From positions 1,116,001 through 1,180,000 of the forward strand of contig CAKKNE010000002.1 in assembly GCA_918797485.1 (NCBI GenBank): a stretch of 64,000 nucleotides of DNA. The letters are read 5' to 3'. The notes beneath the pieces are model-generated. The model was not told where the DNA came from. It searched no databases and saw nothing but the letters and a program-made list of their open reading frames with translations. The position numbers and the translations under genes were made by a program. The stretch comes from Pelagomonas calceolata (Eukaryota). Shown here in pieces: positions 9,805 to 20,213 of the stretch. The first letter of the stretch is position 1. Each line of letters starts with the position of its first letter.

Positions 9805-11563
9805 CCGTGACATCGCCTCGGCCTGGGGATTCCGCGCCGCGTTCTCGAGCGCGCCGGGCGCGGAGCTCCAGTCGTCCAAACGCATATCATATCCTGACAA
9901 GTTGCCCCGCGCCGCTGGCGAGTCGAAGCCCGTAGGCTCGTCCGCGGCCTGCGTCGGCAGCAAAGCGAGGACGACGCCCTCCGCGTGTCGGCGCACGAAG
10001 GCCCGCACCTTCTGGATGCCCGAGGCGTCCAAGCACGGCGGTGCGTCGCTTTTCGCTTCGACCAGCGCCTTCAATAATGTAGGGTTCTCCTGCGCGAGTT
10101 TCAGGGGCATGTCGTCGTCCTCCGCGAGGCCGAGCTTATCCAGTAAAGCGCCGCGCACCTTGATGAACAACGCCGTCCAGCCGTTCGCGCAGTCGGCCTT
10201 TCCGGTCTTGCCGTCCCCTGTCCAATGCCGACAGGGATTGACGGCGGCCTCGAAGCCGCTCTGTCCTTGGACCCGCGACGGCACCTGTGTGTGGTCATCG
10301 TTTGGGGGGTAGGACGGAACGTTTATCCTCGCGCTGGACTGCACGTGGTGCCAGAGCGCCAGGTCGAGGCACCACCAGGTCAACTGCTGCGAGAGCATGG
10401 AGTCGTTGAGGGCCTCGCCCTTGGCCGTCATGTCCTTCATCCACGCCTCGGACCTACGTGTCGATTTCACGCGGACGCCCGGAATTTGATTTCCACACAG
10501 CCTCGGACACGCCGCCGTCCGTCACGCCGTCGGTCGAGCTGCGGTCGCTGCCCGCGACGGTTATCAGCGGCTGCACGAGCAGGTTCAGCACGCAGTCGAG
10601 CATCGCGGCGCGCGCGGCCGGCCGGAGCCGCGGCTCCAGAATCACGCACGGGTCGTCGCAGTGGTACGGCAGGGGATAAGGACTTTCCCAGTCACCGTTT
10701 TCGAACGGGCCTCCGGCGGCCTGTGTGGAAATCAAATTTCGGGCGTCGCACGTTGTCCCCGTAACTGCGTCTGCTCGATGGCTTGGATAGAACCTAACTC
10801 ACTGCTTGATTTCCACACAGCCGGCGGCCTTCACCAACGTCGAGTGCAGCCCTTCCGTACAATCCATCACATGCCGTTTGGGAGCGTAGCACCACCGCCG
10901 GATCAGCGTCAGCTCCGTCTCACTCACGTCGGGCGCCAGCGCGTCGACGACGCGGCGCCACGTCGTGTAGGTCGCGCGGACAGCGAGGCATCGGGTCGCG
11001 TGGACGCAGAGCGGCCCGTCCGTGGTCGCGTCGTAGGCGCGCCACGCCGCCGTGGAGTCGTCCGACGATTCCCAGTACGCGCCCTTGCCTTCGCCGAACT
11101 TCGGGTCGAGGTAGGGCCACTGGACAAACTGCGGCCCGCCCTCCGCGTCGGGCGCCGGCGGCGTCCTTGCTAATAGCTTGGACCACATCTCACTATCGCG
11201 CTTGCCCAGCGACAGGATCAAAGCGCGCGTGCCGCTCGCCGTGCCGAAGGACCAGCTGCACTCGTCGGGGTAGATGCGGCCCTTGAGCGGCGAGTCGATG
11301 AGCGTCTCATTTTTTACAGTGACGCGCAGGGACCGCGCCGTGAACCGCACGGCGACGTCCTTCTTAGTTGTGCCGTCGGCGACGGGAATGGTCACCTCGA
11401 GCTCGTCGTCGTCCTGGCTCGTGAGCCTGAAGTTCGACTGGTTTGCGTCGGCGGCTTCGAACGGGTCGAAGTTCTGGTAGTTCGTGCCGCTCGGTCCAGA
11501 GGACATGATACTGCGCGAGACGCGGCGCGCGCCGACGCCTTTTGGGGCGTCGAAGGCAGCCAT
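9802..11563 (-). CDS. CS (p23/NudC-like) domain protein, 3 exons, about 532 aa
   Basis: CS domain (TTKKDVAVRFTARSLRV...LKGRIYPDECSW). Exons 11563-10829, 10720-10509 and 10453-9802 join in frame. The stop codon is supplied by the terminus of the TIR element. Confidence 0.8.
10454..10500. mobile_element. Short degenerate introner (47 bp) with 8-bp TSD; forms intron 10508-10454 (-)
   Basis: Direct repeat CCTCGGAC at 10446-10453 and 10501-10508. One intact family end (TTGATTTCCACACAG). Splicing gives GGVSEAWMKD. Confidence 0.85.
10721..10820. mobile_element. Introner (100 bp) with 15-bp TIR and 8-bp TSD; forms GC-AG intron 10828-10721 (-)
   Basis: Perfect TIR CTGTGTGGAAATCAA...TTGATTTCCACACAG. 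TSD CCGGCGGC at 10713-10720 and 10821-10828. Splicing gives LVKAAGGPF. Confidence 0.9.
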
Positions 11564-12376
11564 CTGTTTTGACCTATAGTTTATCTCTCTGGCTCGCGCC
11601 GCGCCTTGTCCTCTGGGAGAGCGGCTAGGCTGTGCTTGCAGATTGTGAGGGCTGTACAGTCTGTTCGGCTGCCAAAACTTCTACGATGCTTCCTGGCGGA
11701 TCCGAGATGCTCCTGCGAGCGCTTGATGAGCAATGCGACGCGCAGCTCGGAGATCCAAGGGCCCAAAAAGCTGGCTCTGCCAAGCAAGACCCCGCACGAA
11801 TCGTGAGTGACGCGTCTAGTCGCGTCTAGAGCGATCTTCCCTTCCTCGAACACGCGCCGGAAGAAGGATGGGAGGCGGTAGCAACCACCGAGTACTTCGC
11901 ACAAAGAAAGGGTGACCGTGGGAACGGCCGATGTAATCCTCGTTCTGTTGGGCCCCCACCCGAAGCTGGAGGCCGCGTCGAATAACTTTGCTTGCACGGG
12001 TCTCGCCCCCCGCTCGCGCGACTCGGCCATGTGAACATGGCTTCTTCGCCGTGTGCGCGGCGGCGGTGCGCGATCGCGGATTGCGCCGCGGGTATTTTCT
12101 ACCAATTCGTGCGAGGAATTTCCCAAGACCTCCGGAGAGGCCCTAAATCGACGTCATCGGCCGGTTGCCCACCGCAAACGAGTCTGCGAGGGGGAACAGG
12201 TGAGTTTTGTCTGATTCAGCGAGATGGCCAAAGCTCTGCGGGCAGCGCAAGGCGGCCGACGCGCGCTGCGGAGGCGTTTGGTGGCGGCTGTGTGCTTATT
12301 CTCCTAATTTTAAGTGTGTTAGCCGAGCAACATTCAATCCATACGACGCGGCAAAGCACTGCGAGCGGTGAGTAAA

Positions 12377-12400
12377 GCTAGCTCCAGTAAGACACTAGAA
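12377..12400 (+). promoter_or_regulatory. Recurrent upstream CTAG-bounded motif, copy
   Basis: GCTAGCTCCAGTAAGACACTAGAA in the divergent 11563/12588 interval. Confidence 0.55.
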
Positions 12401-12587
12401 AACAGGCTGGCCTAGCTTAAAAAACCACGTAGAGCCCCGTAAAGCTACAAGAGATTGTGGCATTCGCGTCAGCGATCACCTACAGCCTCGCGCTCGACGC
12501 CTACGTCAGCTTCCTCGCGTACAGACGCCGCCAGCACCGCTACACTCCAGACGCCGCACAGACGCCGCCAGCCCGTACGACGTGTAG

Positions 12588-12779
12588 ATGCCCAAGGCCC
12601 TCGACGTCATCCACAAGCTCGCCGTCTCAGGGCTCGTCACGGCCACTTTATTTGGCATCTACACGTGCGTCGACGGCACGCGCCACATCGTCGCAGCGAG
12701 AAAGAAGGAGGCCGCGCGCATGGCCGCGGCCGGTGAAGCACCGAAACCGCCCCCGAAACACGAGAAGTACTTTTCGTAA
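12588..12779 (+). CDS. Small single-pass membrane protein, possibly COX14-like
   Basis: 63 aa with a D..HK-hydrophobic helix-G.Y pattern followed by a basic tail. Confidence 0.5.
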   Translation: MPKALDVIHKLAVSGLVTATLFGIYTCVDGTRHIVAARKKEAARMAAAGEAPKPPPKHEKYFS

Positions 12780-12782
12780 AGC

Positions 12783-13298
12783 ATGATCGACTCTTTAAAG
12801 GCCGCGGGCATCAACTTCCTGGCCGTCGATTTCGACATGACGTTGATTGACCGCCATACGGAAGGCAGATGGTCCGGCACGGCCTCCGAATTGTTGAGAC
12901 ACGTCCGTCCCGAGATGCGGCAATTACTCCGAGATGCGCTGGACGCCCAAATGTTCGTGGCCATTGTTACACTGAGCCCCCAGACGTCTCTCATCCGCGA
13001 GGTCACTCGTTTATTATTCCCGAAGGATTTTCAATTAATCATCATCCGGGGCAACGACGGCAACTGGTTCTACGGCGGCCAGGGGTCTTCGAGAGGCAAG
13101 CAGCCCCACATCGCGTCGGCCGTCGAGGAACTAAGTCACGCGCACGCGGCGCAGATTTCGCGGCGGAGCACTTTACTAATTGACGACGACGCGCAGAATA
13201 TTAATGATGCGCTCGTCAACGGCGTCAACGCGATATTATATGCGCCGCACGACCCGTCGTGCTTGCAGCGCGGCGTCGCGGCGCTCGGCGAGGCCTGA
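12783..13298 (+). CDS. HAD-superfamily phosphatase-like protein
   Basis: Motif I (AVDFDMTL), a Lys in GKQPH, and motif IV (LLIDDDAQN). Confidence 0.75.
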   Translation: MIDSLKAAGINFLAVDFDMTLIDRHTEGRWSGTASELLRHVRPEMRQLLRDALDAQMFVAIVTLSPQTSLIREVTRLLFPKDFQLIIIRGNDGNWFYGGQGSSRGKQPHIASAVEELSHAHAAQISRRSTLLIDDDAQNINDALVNGVNAILYAPHDPSCLQRGVAALGEA

Positions 13299-13461
13299 TG
13301 GCTTTCTAGCCCCGGCGGCGCGGCGATGGCGTTTCAGGCGGCCTGCGTACACAAAAATTAATGTAGAGATATCTTAATAGATACTAGTGGCCCGTCGCAG
13401 CCCCAACAAAGGGGCGCAAGCTTCCGCGTCGTCGAGGCGGAAGCCGGGGGCAGATATAAAA

Positions 13462-14547
13462 TCAGACGCGGTCCTCGATGGCGAACCAGCTGCCGAGGTG
13501 GTCCCAGAGCCGCGTCAGGTGCGTCTCGTGCGCGGCGCTCATGGCGTCGGCGCCGGGCGCGAGGAGCGAGTAGGAGAGCGAGTCGAAGCGCGCGCGCGGC
13601 GCGTCCTCCCAGTCGTCGCAGACGACCGCGTGCCGGTAGCCCAGCAGCGACAAGCAGCCCTGCGGCCCGGCGATGTCGAACCGCGGCGGGCCCGTGCGGA
13701 ACGGCGCATCATAACAGACCGTGCAGCAGCGGCCGTCGCGGTGCCGGGCGAGAGTTAAAGTGAGTCGTAAATCGAGCAGATCGGCGCGCGGCACCAGGCG
13801 CGACGGGTGGAGGTCGATCAGCACCTTCCCCGAGCCCCTTCTCAAGGGCCGCCAGTCGGCGACGACCGAGTACCCCGTGTCCGGTCTGAGGACCTCTATT
13901 TCCACTAACGCCGAGTAGCCCCGCAGGACATCAGGTCTAGGTTCCGGCGTGTCTGCTGCTCGTTCTAATCGTAGACGGAGTTTGTAGAGTCGCAGGTACT
14001 GGGCCGCCCGCGGCGCCCTTTCGAGCCGTCGAATCAACTGATGACTACCGCGGGGAAAGAAGTTCTCGACGAGCGGTCGCCACAGCGCATCATCACTACA
14101 GACGCGCCGCCAGTCGTGGGAAACTTGCCGGCACGTCGCGAGTCGCGCCGGAGATAAATAACTCAAAAAGTGCTTCAGGCACTTCGCGTCCAGCCGGAAC
14201 TGGGCTAATTTAGGCCGCGGGCGCGCGCGCGACTTGCGCGGTGACGGCAGAACGGCCTCCAACGCATCGGGTTCGAAGGCGTCGTGGCTGTAGGCCGACG
14301 ACGCGCTGTCAAGGCTCGCTCGTCTAGCGTCGCCGCCGGTATGGGGCTCGGCGGCGGCGCTTGTGGTAAGGGGGTCCTCCGCGGCCTCTTCAGTAGTCTC
14401 GGGCTGCGTCACGGCCGGTTTCCGCAGCTCCGACGGCGGGCCCTCGACACTCTGGGAGACGCGCGCAACCGCCGCTTTCGGTGCCGCGGCTTTCGCTTCC
14501 GTGCGGCGGGACCGCGTCCGGCGGGCGACACACGCCGCGGGGTCCAT
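13462..14547 (-). CDS. F-box domain protein
   Basis: LDAKCLKHFLSYLSPARLATCRQVSHDWRRVCSDDALWRPL. Confidence 0.75.
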   Translation of the reverse strand: MDPAACVARRTRSRRTEAKAAAPKAAVARVSQSVEGPPSELRKPAVTQPETTEEAAEDPLTTSAAAEPHTGGDARRASLDSASSAYSHDAFEPDALEAVLPSPRKSRARPRPKLAQFRLDAKCLKHFLSYLSPARLATCRQVSHDWRRVCSDDALWRPLVENFFPRGSHQLIRRLERAPRAAQYLRLYKLRLRLERAADTPEPRPDVLRGYSALVEIEVLRPDTGYSVVADWRPLRRGSGKVLIDLHPSRLVPRADLLDLRLTLTLARHRDGRCCTVCYDAPFRTGPPRFDIAGPQGCLSLLGYRHAVVCDDWEDAPRARFDSLSYSLLAPGADAMSAAHETHLTRLWDHLGSWFAIEDRV

Positions 14548-14917
14548 GGCCGCGGGCGCTGGTGGCTGTGCGGGCCGATTCCAGCCGCCAGTTGATCGAG
14601 CTGCACAAAACCCCCACCGGTCGAACCCGAACGCACACTGCGGTCCCTCTGCACGCTATCGAAGCGGCGTACATTGGTCCGGCGGCGTGGACTTCGAGCC
14701 GTGCATGCATGGCCCGCACGTCAAAAATCAGGCAGCCTGGACTTCCAAGCAAAGCGCCCAGGACAGCGGCGCGCGTCCCCATCAGAGCTAAGAACGACCC
14801 GGGCAGCCCGCATCACAACGCCACACAACGCCATCCGCAGCAAAAAAACGAGCGGTTCGTGCTGCAGCGTAGCTCACCGGCTGTGGACATCCCTAGTCCT
14901 TTAGCACAAGCATAACC

Positions 14918-15910
14918 ATGGTCTCCTACGCCAAGTTCGATAAATTAGCAAGGGAGCTCGACGGCGAGTCCACGAACCCCACCGACGGCACCTGGACGAA
15001 AAGAAGGCAAGACGACTTCTACCTGGATCCCGCCGTGCGGGACCGCGAGGCGAAGACGCTGGCGGCGTGTGCGCCTTTAGGGTCCGTGGTGGAGCTCGAC
15101 GGTCTGGTCAAGCAGCCCTTCTACAACGGCAGGAAGGGTCTGGTCGTGTCCGGGCGGCTCTGCAAGGGCGAGCGTTTGGCGGTGGAGCTTACCGAAGACA
15201 AGTACGATAACAGAGTGCTCCTGGTCAAGACAACGCAGGTCACGCATTGTTTGTTGGAGAAGGCGCCGTCGCGCATCGAATTGTTGAAACCACGAGCATG
15301 CGAAGTAGCTGGAAATGTCTGGATCGGCGACGCGTGTAGTGCGGACGTCGTCGCGGGCGGTTCGCACATCCCCGAACAGCTAAAGTGGCCGCCCTTCGCC
15401 GCTTTAGTGTTGTGCGCGTCCGAGTTTGATGGCTACGGGTCGAACCCGGCGGTGCCCGTCGAGCTATGTGGAGACGATCTGCATCGGGCCATGACGGTCG
15501 TTTCATCCGCGGCCTCGCGCGGCATTTTACGAGACTTGGCTGGTTCGTCGGACGCGGGGCCGGTCTTGGTCTGCGGCGTCGACCGGCGCGATACGAGGCC
15601 GGTGGTCGCGGCCGTCGGCGCGCTCGTGCTGCGCGGGTGGACGTTGCAGGACGCCTGGGCGGCCATCCTCAAGGCGCGGCCGGGCGCCAAAATCGGTCCG
15701 AAGCGGTGGCGCGCGCTCGTCCAGGCCTTTGGGGACGAGGTCGAGGGCATACAAGCCGCGGCGTGTGAAATATGCCCCGCGGCGTTCGCGGAGAAGCCGG
15801 CTGAACCGGCGAAGAGAGAAACGGAGCCGGGCGCGACGCCCCCGCCCGACGCGCCGGCCGATCCGAGCCGGCCGTTGCGGATCAACGTACCGCTTAAGAA
15901 CTCACAATAA
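14918..15910 (+). CDS. Hypothetical protein with a degenerate dual-specificity-phosphatase-like domain
   Basis: EVAGNVWIGD...PVLVCGVDRR...AVGALVLRGWTLQDAWAAILKARPGAKI follows the DSP pattern but lacks a canonical HCx5R. Confidence 0.6.
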   Translation: MVSYAKFDKLARELDGESTNPTDGTWTKRRQDDFYLDPAVRDREAKTLAACAPLGSVVELDGLVKQPFYNGRKGLVVSGRLCKGERLAVELTEDKYDNRVLLVKTTQVTHCLLEKAPSRIELLKPRACEVAGNVWIGDACSADVVAGGSHIPEQLKWPPFAALVLCASEFDGYGSNPAVPVELCGDDLHRAMTVVSSAASRGILRDLAGSSDAGPVLVCGVDRRDTRPVVAAVGALVLRGWTLQDAWAAILKARPGAKIGPKRWRALVQAFGDEVEGIQAAACEICPAAFAEKPAEPAKRETEPGATPPPDAPADPSRPLRINVPLKNSQ

Positions 15911-15926
15911 TTACACGTGCAGATAA

Positions 15927-16427
15927 TCAGTAGTCGCTCGGGTCCGCGTCGTTCTTCGAGAGCCACGACGAGAGCTTGCCCGCTCTAGCTCGCATGGCCG
16001 ACGCCGCCGACGAGACGGCCGCCGTCGCGCGGCGGCCGGCGTCGCTCGCGGCCGCCGCGCGCGCCGCGCGCCGCACGGCGTCGACCGAGTCGCGCGCGGC
16101 CGCAACCAATGGATCATCATCATCATCATCCGCCGCGCCCCGCGCCGCCGGCCCGTCCCAGCGGTCGTCGTCGAAGTCTATACATAAAGCACGGACGTCG
16201 CACCGTTTCGGGTCGTCGAGTTCGACGGCCTCGCCCTCCCGAATATCGTACCAGACGTCCTCGCCCTCCAATTTTCTACGTACGCGGAAGTGGAAGCGGC
16301 CGGCGAAGGGGTAGACCGCTCTTAGGGATTCATATGTCAAAGGCTCGTGCACGGAGCAGCGCGTCACGACGTTGCCGGCGGCGTCGGCTGCTTCGCCGTG
16401 CAGGTGGACGCTGCAGCGGACGACCAT
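15927..16427 (-). CDS. Hypothetical protein with a DIX-like domain
   Basis: LTYESLRAVYPFAGRFHFRV...VWYDI pattern. Confidence 0.6.
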   Translation of the reverse strand: MVVRCSVHLHGEAADAAGNVVTRCSVHEPLTYESLRAVYPFAGRFHFRVRRKLEGEDVWYDIREGEAVELDDPKRCDVRALCIDFDDDRWDGPAARGAADDDDDDPLVAAARDSVDAVRRAARAAAASDAGRRATAAVSSAASAMRARAGKLSSWLSKNDADPSDY

Positions 16428-16805
16428 TGTTTGATTTGTTTTTTTACGTGTGGTTTCTCACTTCCGGGCGCGGCTGCGGCGTCACAGAGGCTACCAGGGT
16501 GCAGCTGTATAGCTGTATTTGCACCGCGTGGCGACGGCAGCGCTGCCTGCAGCTGGCTGGCGCGGCAACAGCAGATGCGTCACAAGCGCAGAGCAACGAT
16601 ATCTCGCGGCCGCGGCCTTTTTTTCCCACGGCAAAAATAATCAGCTAGCGGTGTATGGGTGCTAGCGCTCACGCATGCAAACCAGAGTCAAACTATTTGC
16701 GATCTGCACCTCGCGGACACTTTGGATGCCAGACGGCTGTTAAAAACTTCGACGAGGCCCTTCCGTCCCGCTCTGGGCGAAGGGCCGCAGCCGCGGCCCA
16801 CAAAA

Positions 16806-18610
16806 ATGAACCACACCAATGGCCACCCCCTGGCGCGGTCTACGAGCCTCGTCTCCAGCCTCGACCTCGTCTCGTCGCCAGAAGAGCTGGGCAAGCGCAA
16901 GCGCTTGGATACCAGGGACGGCAAGCGCCACCGGCGCATGGAGTCCGCTCCTGTATGAAACCGGCGCCGAAAAATTTTTCGTTCAATTCTTGAAAAGCGA
17001 AAGCGGGCGCCCGCCTGCCCTAAAATGACGACACGGACCCCATACACACGCGAGGACCCCATCTAAACGTCTAACGGCCCCGAACGGCCGCCAAAAAAAA
17101 TAAGTTGCACGCGCGCCGGACGCGCGCCGGTTTCGAGACGCTTCGAGAGACCGCCCTCACGCCACCGACGCGACACACGCAGGCGAACCTCTTCGGCCTC
17201 GGCGACGAATCCTTCGACTTCAACAATTCTTTTGGCCAGGACGACGATTTTATGAACGAAAGCATCGGGAGCCGGGGCCTCCAGGACTTCGGGGACCTGC
17301 GCGACCCCTCGGATCTCTCCATGGACCGGTCGCCGGCGTCCCTAGATACGTTCGACATGCCCAACTCGTTTGATTTAGTTGCGCAGCAGTCGGCGACGGT
17401 CTTTCCCGCGCCAAGTCCCTCGACAGCAAGGCAGCACTTCCCGCCGGCGCAAAAAACGCGGCAGCAGTCGTCGCATAGTCTAGACATGCCGGAAGGGGCG
17501 CCATCAGTTCCGCCCTTCAACCCCGAGGAAGGGTTGTCGCCGGACACCATTACGAACCTCCGGAAGACCTTGGAAGCGACGTCGCCGGCCTCCATGCCCG
17601 CGATCCCGCCCCAACAACCACGACAAAGGTCGCCCCGCGCCGCGGAGTGCGCCGAATTTAAACCAGCGCAGAAGTCGGACGAGACCCGAGGTAAATACAA
17701 GTGCGGCCGCTGCGGCCAGATCAAGGTGAACCACATCTGCCCCTTCGCGCCAGCCCAGCCGCGAAACGCCGACGCCCAGACGGACGATCCCCGAAGGCCT
17801 GTGCGCACGAACGATCGCGACAAGTACGTCGCCGTGACACCGAAAGTCGACGCGATGACGGACGACGAGTTGACGCCGCGGCCCGCGCCGTCCGCCGACG
17901 GCGACCACAGCTTCCGGGAGCGGACCGTGAAGGTCGGCACCTTCGTGCCGGCCATCGCTGTAGTTGATGAAGACGGCCCGGGGAAGAGGTCTCATAGGAG
18001 AACAGCATCGAGCGCGTCCACCGGCACGGTCGAGACGCTCATGGACACCGATCCTCCGTCGAAGCCGCGACGGAAAGGCGTGAAAAGCGAGGCGACGACG
18101 CCGCGGCCCGGGCCTCCCACATTTGTACCGCACCCCTGGGCCGCGGCCTTTGCCTCGGCGACCAAGGCGGGGCCGCCGTCCATGATGTCGCGATCATCCT
18201 CCTCTCTGGACTCGACGGCGTCGGGGCCGGCACCGGCTCTCGCGTTCCCGCCTTATAATCCTGCGGCGTTTGCCGCGGCTTGTGCGGCCAGAGGAATACC
18301 ACCGCCGCCGCCGTTCTTCGCGGGCCTGCCGCCGCGGCCCTTCTTCGCGGCGGGACCCCTGCCGCCGGGCGCCGTACCATTACCGCCGGGCGTCGTGCCG
18401 GCGCCGCCGCCGCGCGGGATGATCCCGCTGCCGCCGCGGTTGGGGGGCTTTCGGGCCCCGGCGCTCATGGGCCAGCTCGCGCACCTGACGCCGGCGCAGC
18501 TCCAGGCGCTCGCGGCGATGCCGCAGGTCGCGATGCACGCGAGGCCGCCGCCGGGCGCTCCAGCGCCGCCGCGACCACCGCCACCGGTCCCAAAAACCGA
18601 AGCGTCCTGA
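16806..18610 (+). CDS. Low-complexity, Pro-rich protein with a CxxC-HxC zinc knuckle, 2 exons
   Basis: A GT-AG intron at 16953-17182 joins RMESAP to ANLFG in frame. Contains GKYKCGRCGQIKVNHICP. Confidence 0.7.
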
Positions 18611-18781
18611 CGACAACCCTTGTATCCTATTAAATTCAGTTTTTACCGTGCTCTCGTCGATGGCGTCCTGGCGAATGCCAGCCTAGTTTTCGGTACGCCA
18701 GCTCCGGAATGTGTCTTCTTCTTCTTAGTCACTCGCACAGGAGCACAGGGGGTAGGGTTACTTCCGGCCGCGCGTCTACTC

Positions 18782-19963
18782 TCAGCGATAGCCTTGGGCC
18801 TTGAGCATCTCACAAATACCAAGGAAGTTTCGGATATTCGACGCGGTATTTTCAAACATCTTGGTGAACTTGTGAGCGCCGCCGAGGAGCTGCCGGGACT
18901 TGTTGACGACGTCGCCGATGATCCTCTCCGCCTCGCGCACATCGGCGCAGCGCCGCTCGAGGCTGCCCGCCGGCGGGCCGCCGCGACTTGACTTACCCAT
19001 TGGAAGGCCCGAGATGGCGACGGCAAGAACATGGCGGAGAAGTAGCAGAGTATCAGAGTTGGGACGACAATTGCGCACAGCCACGGGGATGGCAGTTTGC
19101 AGAAGTGATTTTGCCTCGGCGTGGCGATCTAATTGCACAAGTATAGTTGACATGGACTCAATCATCTGAAGCGTACGTTCGCTTGATGGACCATATAATT
19201 TCGCACAGCCGTCGCGCGCCTTTTGGTTCAATTCGAGACTCTCTTCTAACCGGCCGAGATGCATGTAGCAGTTCGCGAGCCAGCTCTGCGTGGTGTAAAC
19301 GTTTTCTTCCAGGTTTGGGTGTTGCAGCTGAAAGGCCAATAGTGATTCATATATCGGAGCCGCTTCGTTGTAGAGCCCGGCTTGTTTCAGACCGATCGCG
19401 AGCTGCGCCATCGCTTTCCAATGCCTTTGGGTTTGCCCATTTCGGTTCGCGTAGGTCTTCCAGCACGCCCACCCGAGCGCGCACCGCACGACACCGACGT
19501 ACTGCTGTTCGCACAGGCTGCATCCTTGCCATCGCATCCACGACTCAATCTGCGCCTTGTCGCCCAAACGGTTCGCCTCGGCCTCGTCGTTCAAAATCTT
19601 CGCTTGCTCCGCCAGGCACGACACGTGCGCGAAGCCCGAAGTCCCACGGCACGCACACATGCGCACGAGACCCTCCTTCGTCTTCCAGTGAACGGCCTGC
19701 GTGCATATGTAGCACGTCTGACCCGCGGTGTCCTTGGCGCACGCCTCCGCCGCGACCGCGATCGCTTCCTCACATTTTTTGTCGGCATGGTATTGTTCGG
19801 CTCCGCCGCGGCGCTTGATTTTTTTGCACAGCACCGAGTGGCCGCCCCCTTCCCAGTGCTCTTTCTGGCAGGTGGGTCCACAGTAGCGCGTGTGGCAACG
19901 AGCGCAGCGCGGCGCCGTATGCGAGATGGGTCTTGCGCATGAGGCACACTGGGTCAGGAGCAT
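18782..19963 (-). CDS. MYND zinc finger - RINGv - TPR protein, full-length family member
   Basis: MYND (CASC...CARCHTRYCGPTCQKEHW...H...C), RINGv (CYIC...CACRGTSGFAHVSCL...CSLC), then TPR-like repeats. Confidence 0.85.
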   Translation of the reverse strand: MLLTQCASCARPISHTAPRCARCHTRYCGPTCQKEHWEGGGHSVLCKKIKRRGGAEQYHADKKCEEAIAVAAEACAKDTAGQTCYICTQAVHWKTKEGLVRMCACRGTSGFAHVSCLAEQAKILNDEAEANRLGDKAQIESWMRWQGCSLCEQQYVGVVRCALGWACWKTYANRNGQTQRHWKAMAQLAIGLKQAGLYNEAAPIYESLLAFQLQHPNLEENVYTTQSWLANCYMHLGRLEESLELNQKARDGCAKLYGPSSERTLQMIESMSTILVQLDRHAEAKSLLQTAIPVAVRNCRPNSDTLLLLRHVLAVAISGLPMGKSSRGGPPAGSLERRCADVREAERIIGDVVNKSRQLLGGAHKFTKMFENTASNIRNFLGICEMLKAQGYR

Positions 19964-20213
19964 CTTGCAAAGAGCCGCCGAGCGCTGCCCCCGCGCGAGT
20001 TCGTAGAGGCAGGCGCCGCGCTGGCCCCTGAGAATGTATGGAGCACGCGCGGTCCCGGTGCGAGTGCTGAGCCCAAATGCTCTTGAGGTGACTTGGTCAC
20101 ATTATTTTTTCTGTACCAGCATACTCACATACTAGCTGTTACGTCGATACGAAGTCGGTCGGCAGTCGGTTTTCCGAGATCTCTATACAAACAACACTAC
20201 GTTAGAAGATAAA

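Noticed and set aside
11581..12375. ORFs of 181 aa (-) and 127 aa (+) in the divergent interval
   Set aside because: No recognisable motif or clear host codon pattern, so left uncalled.
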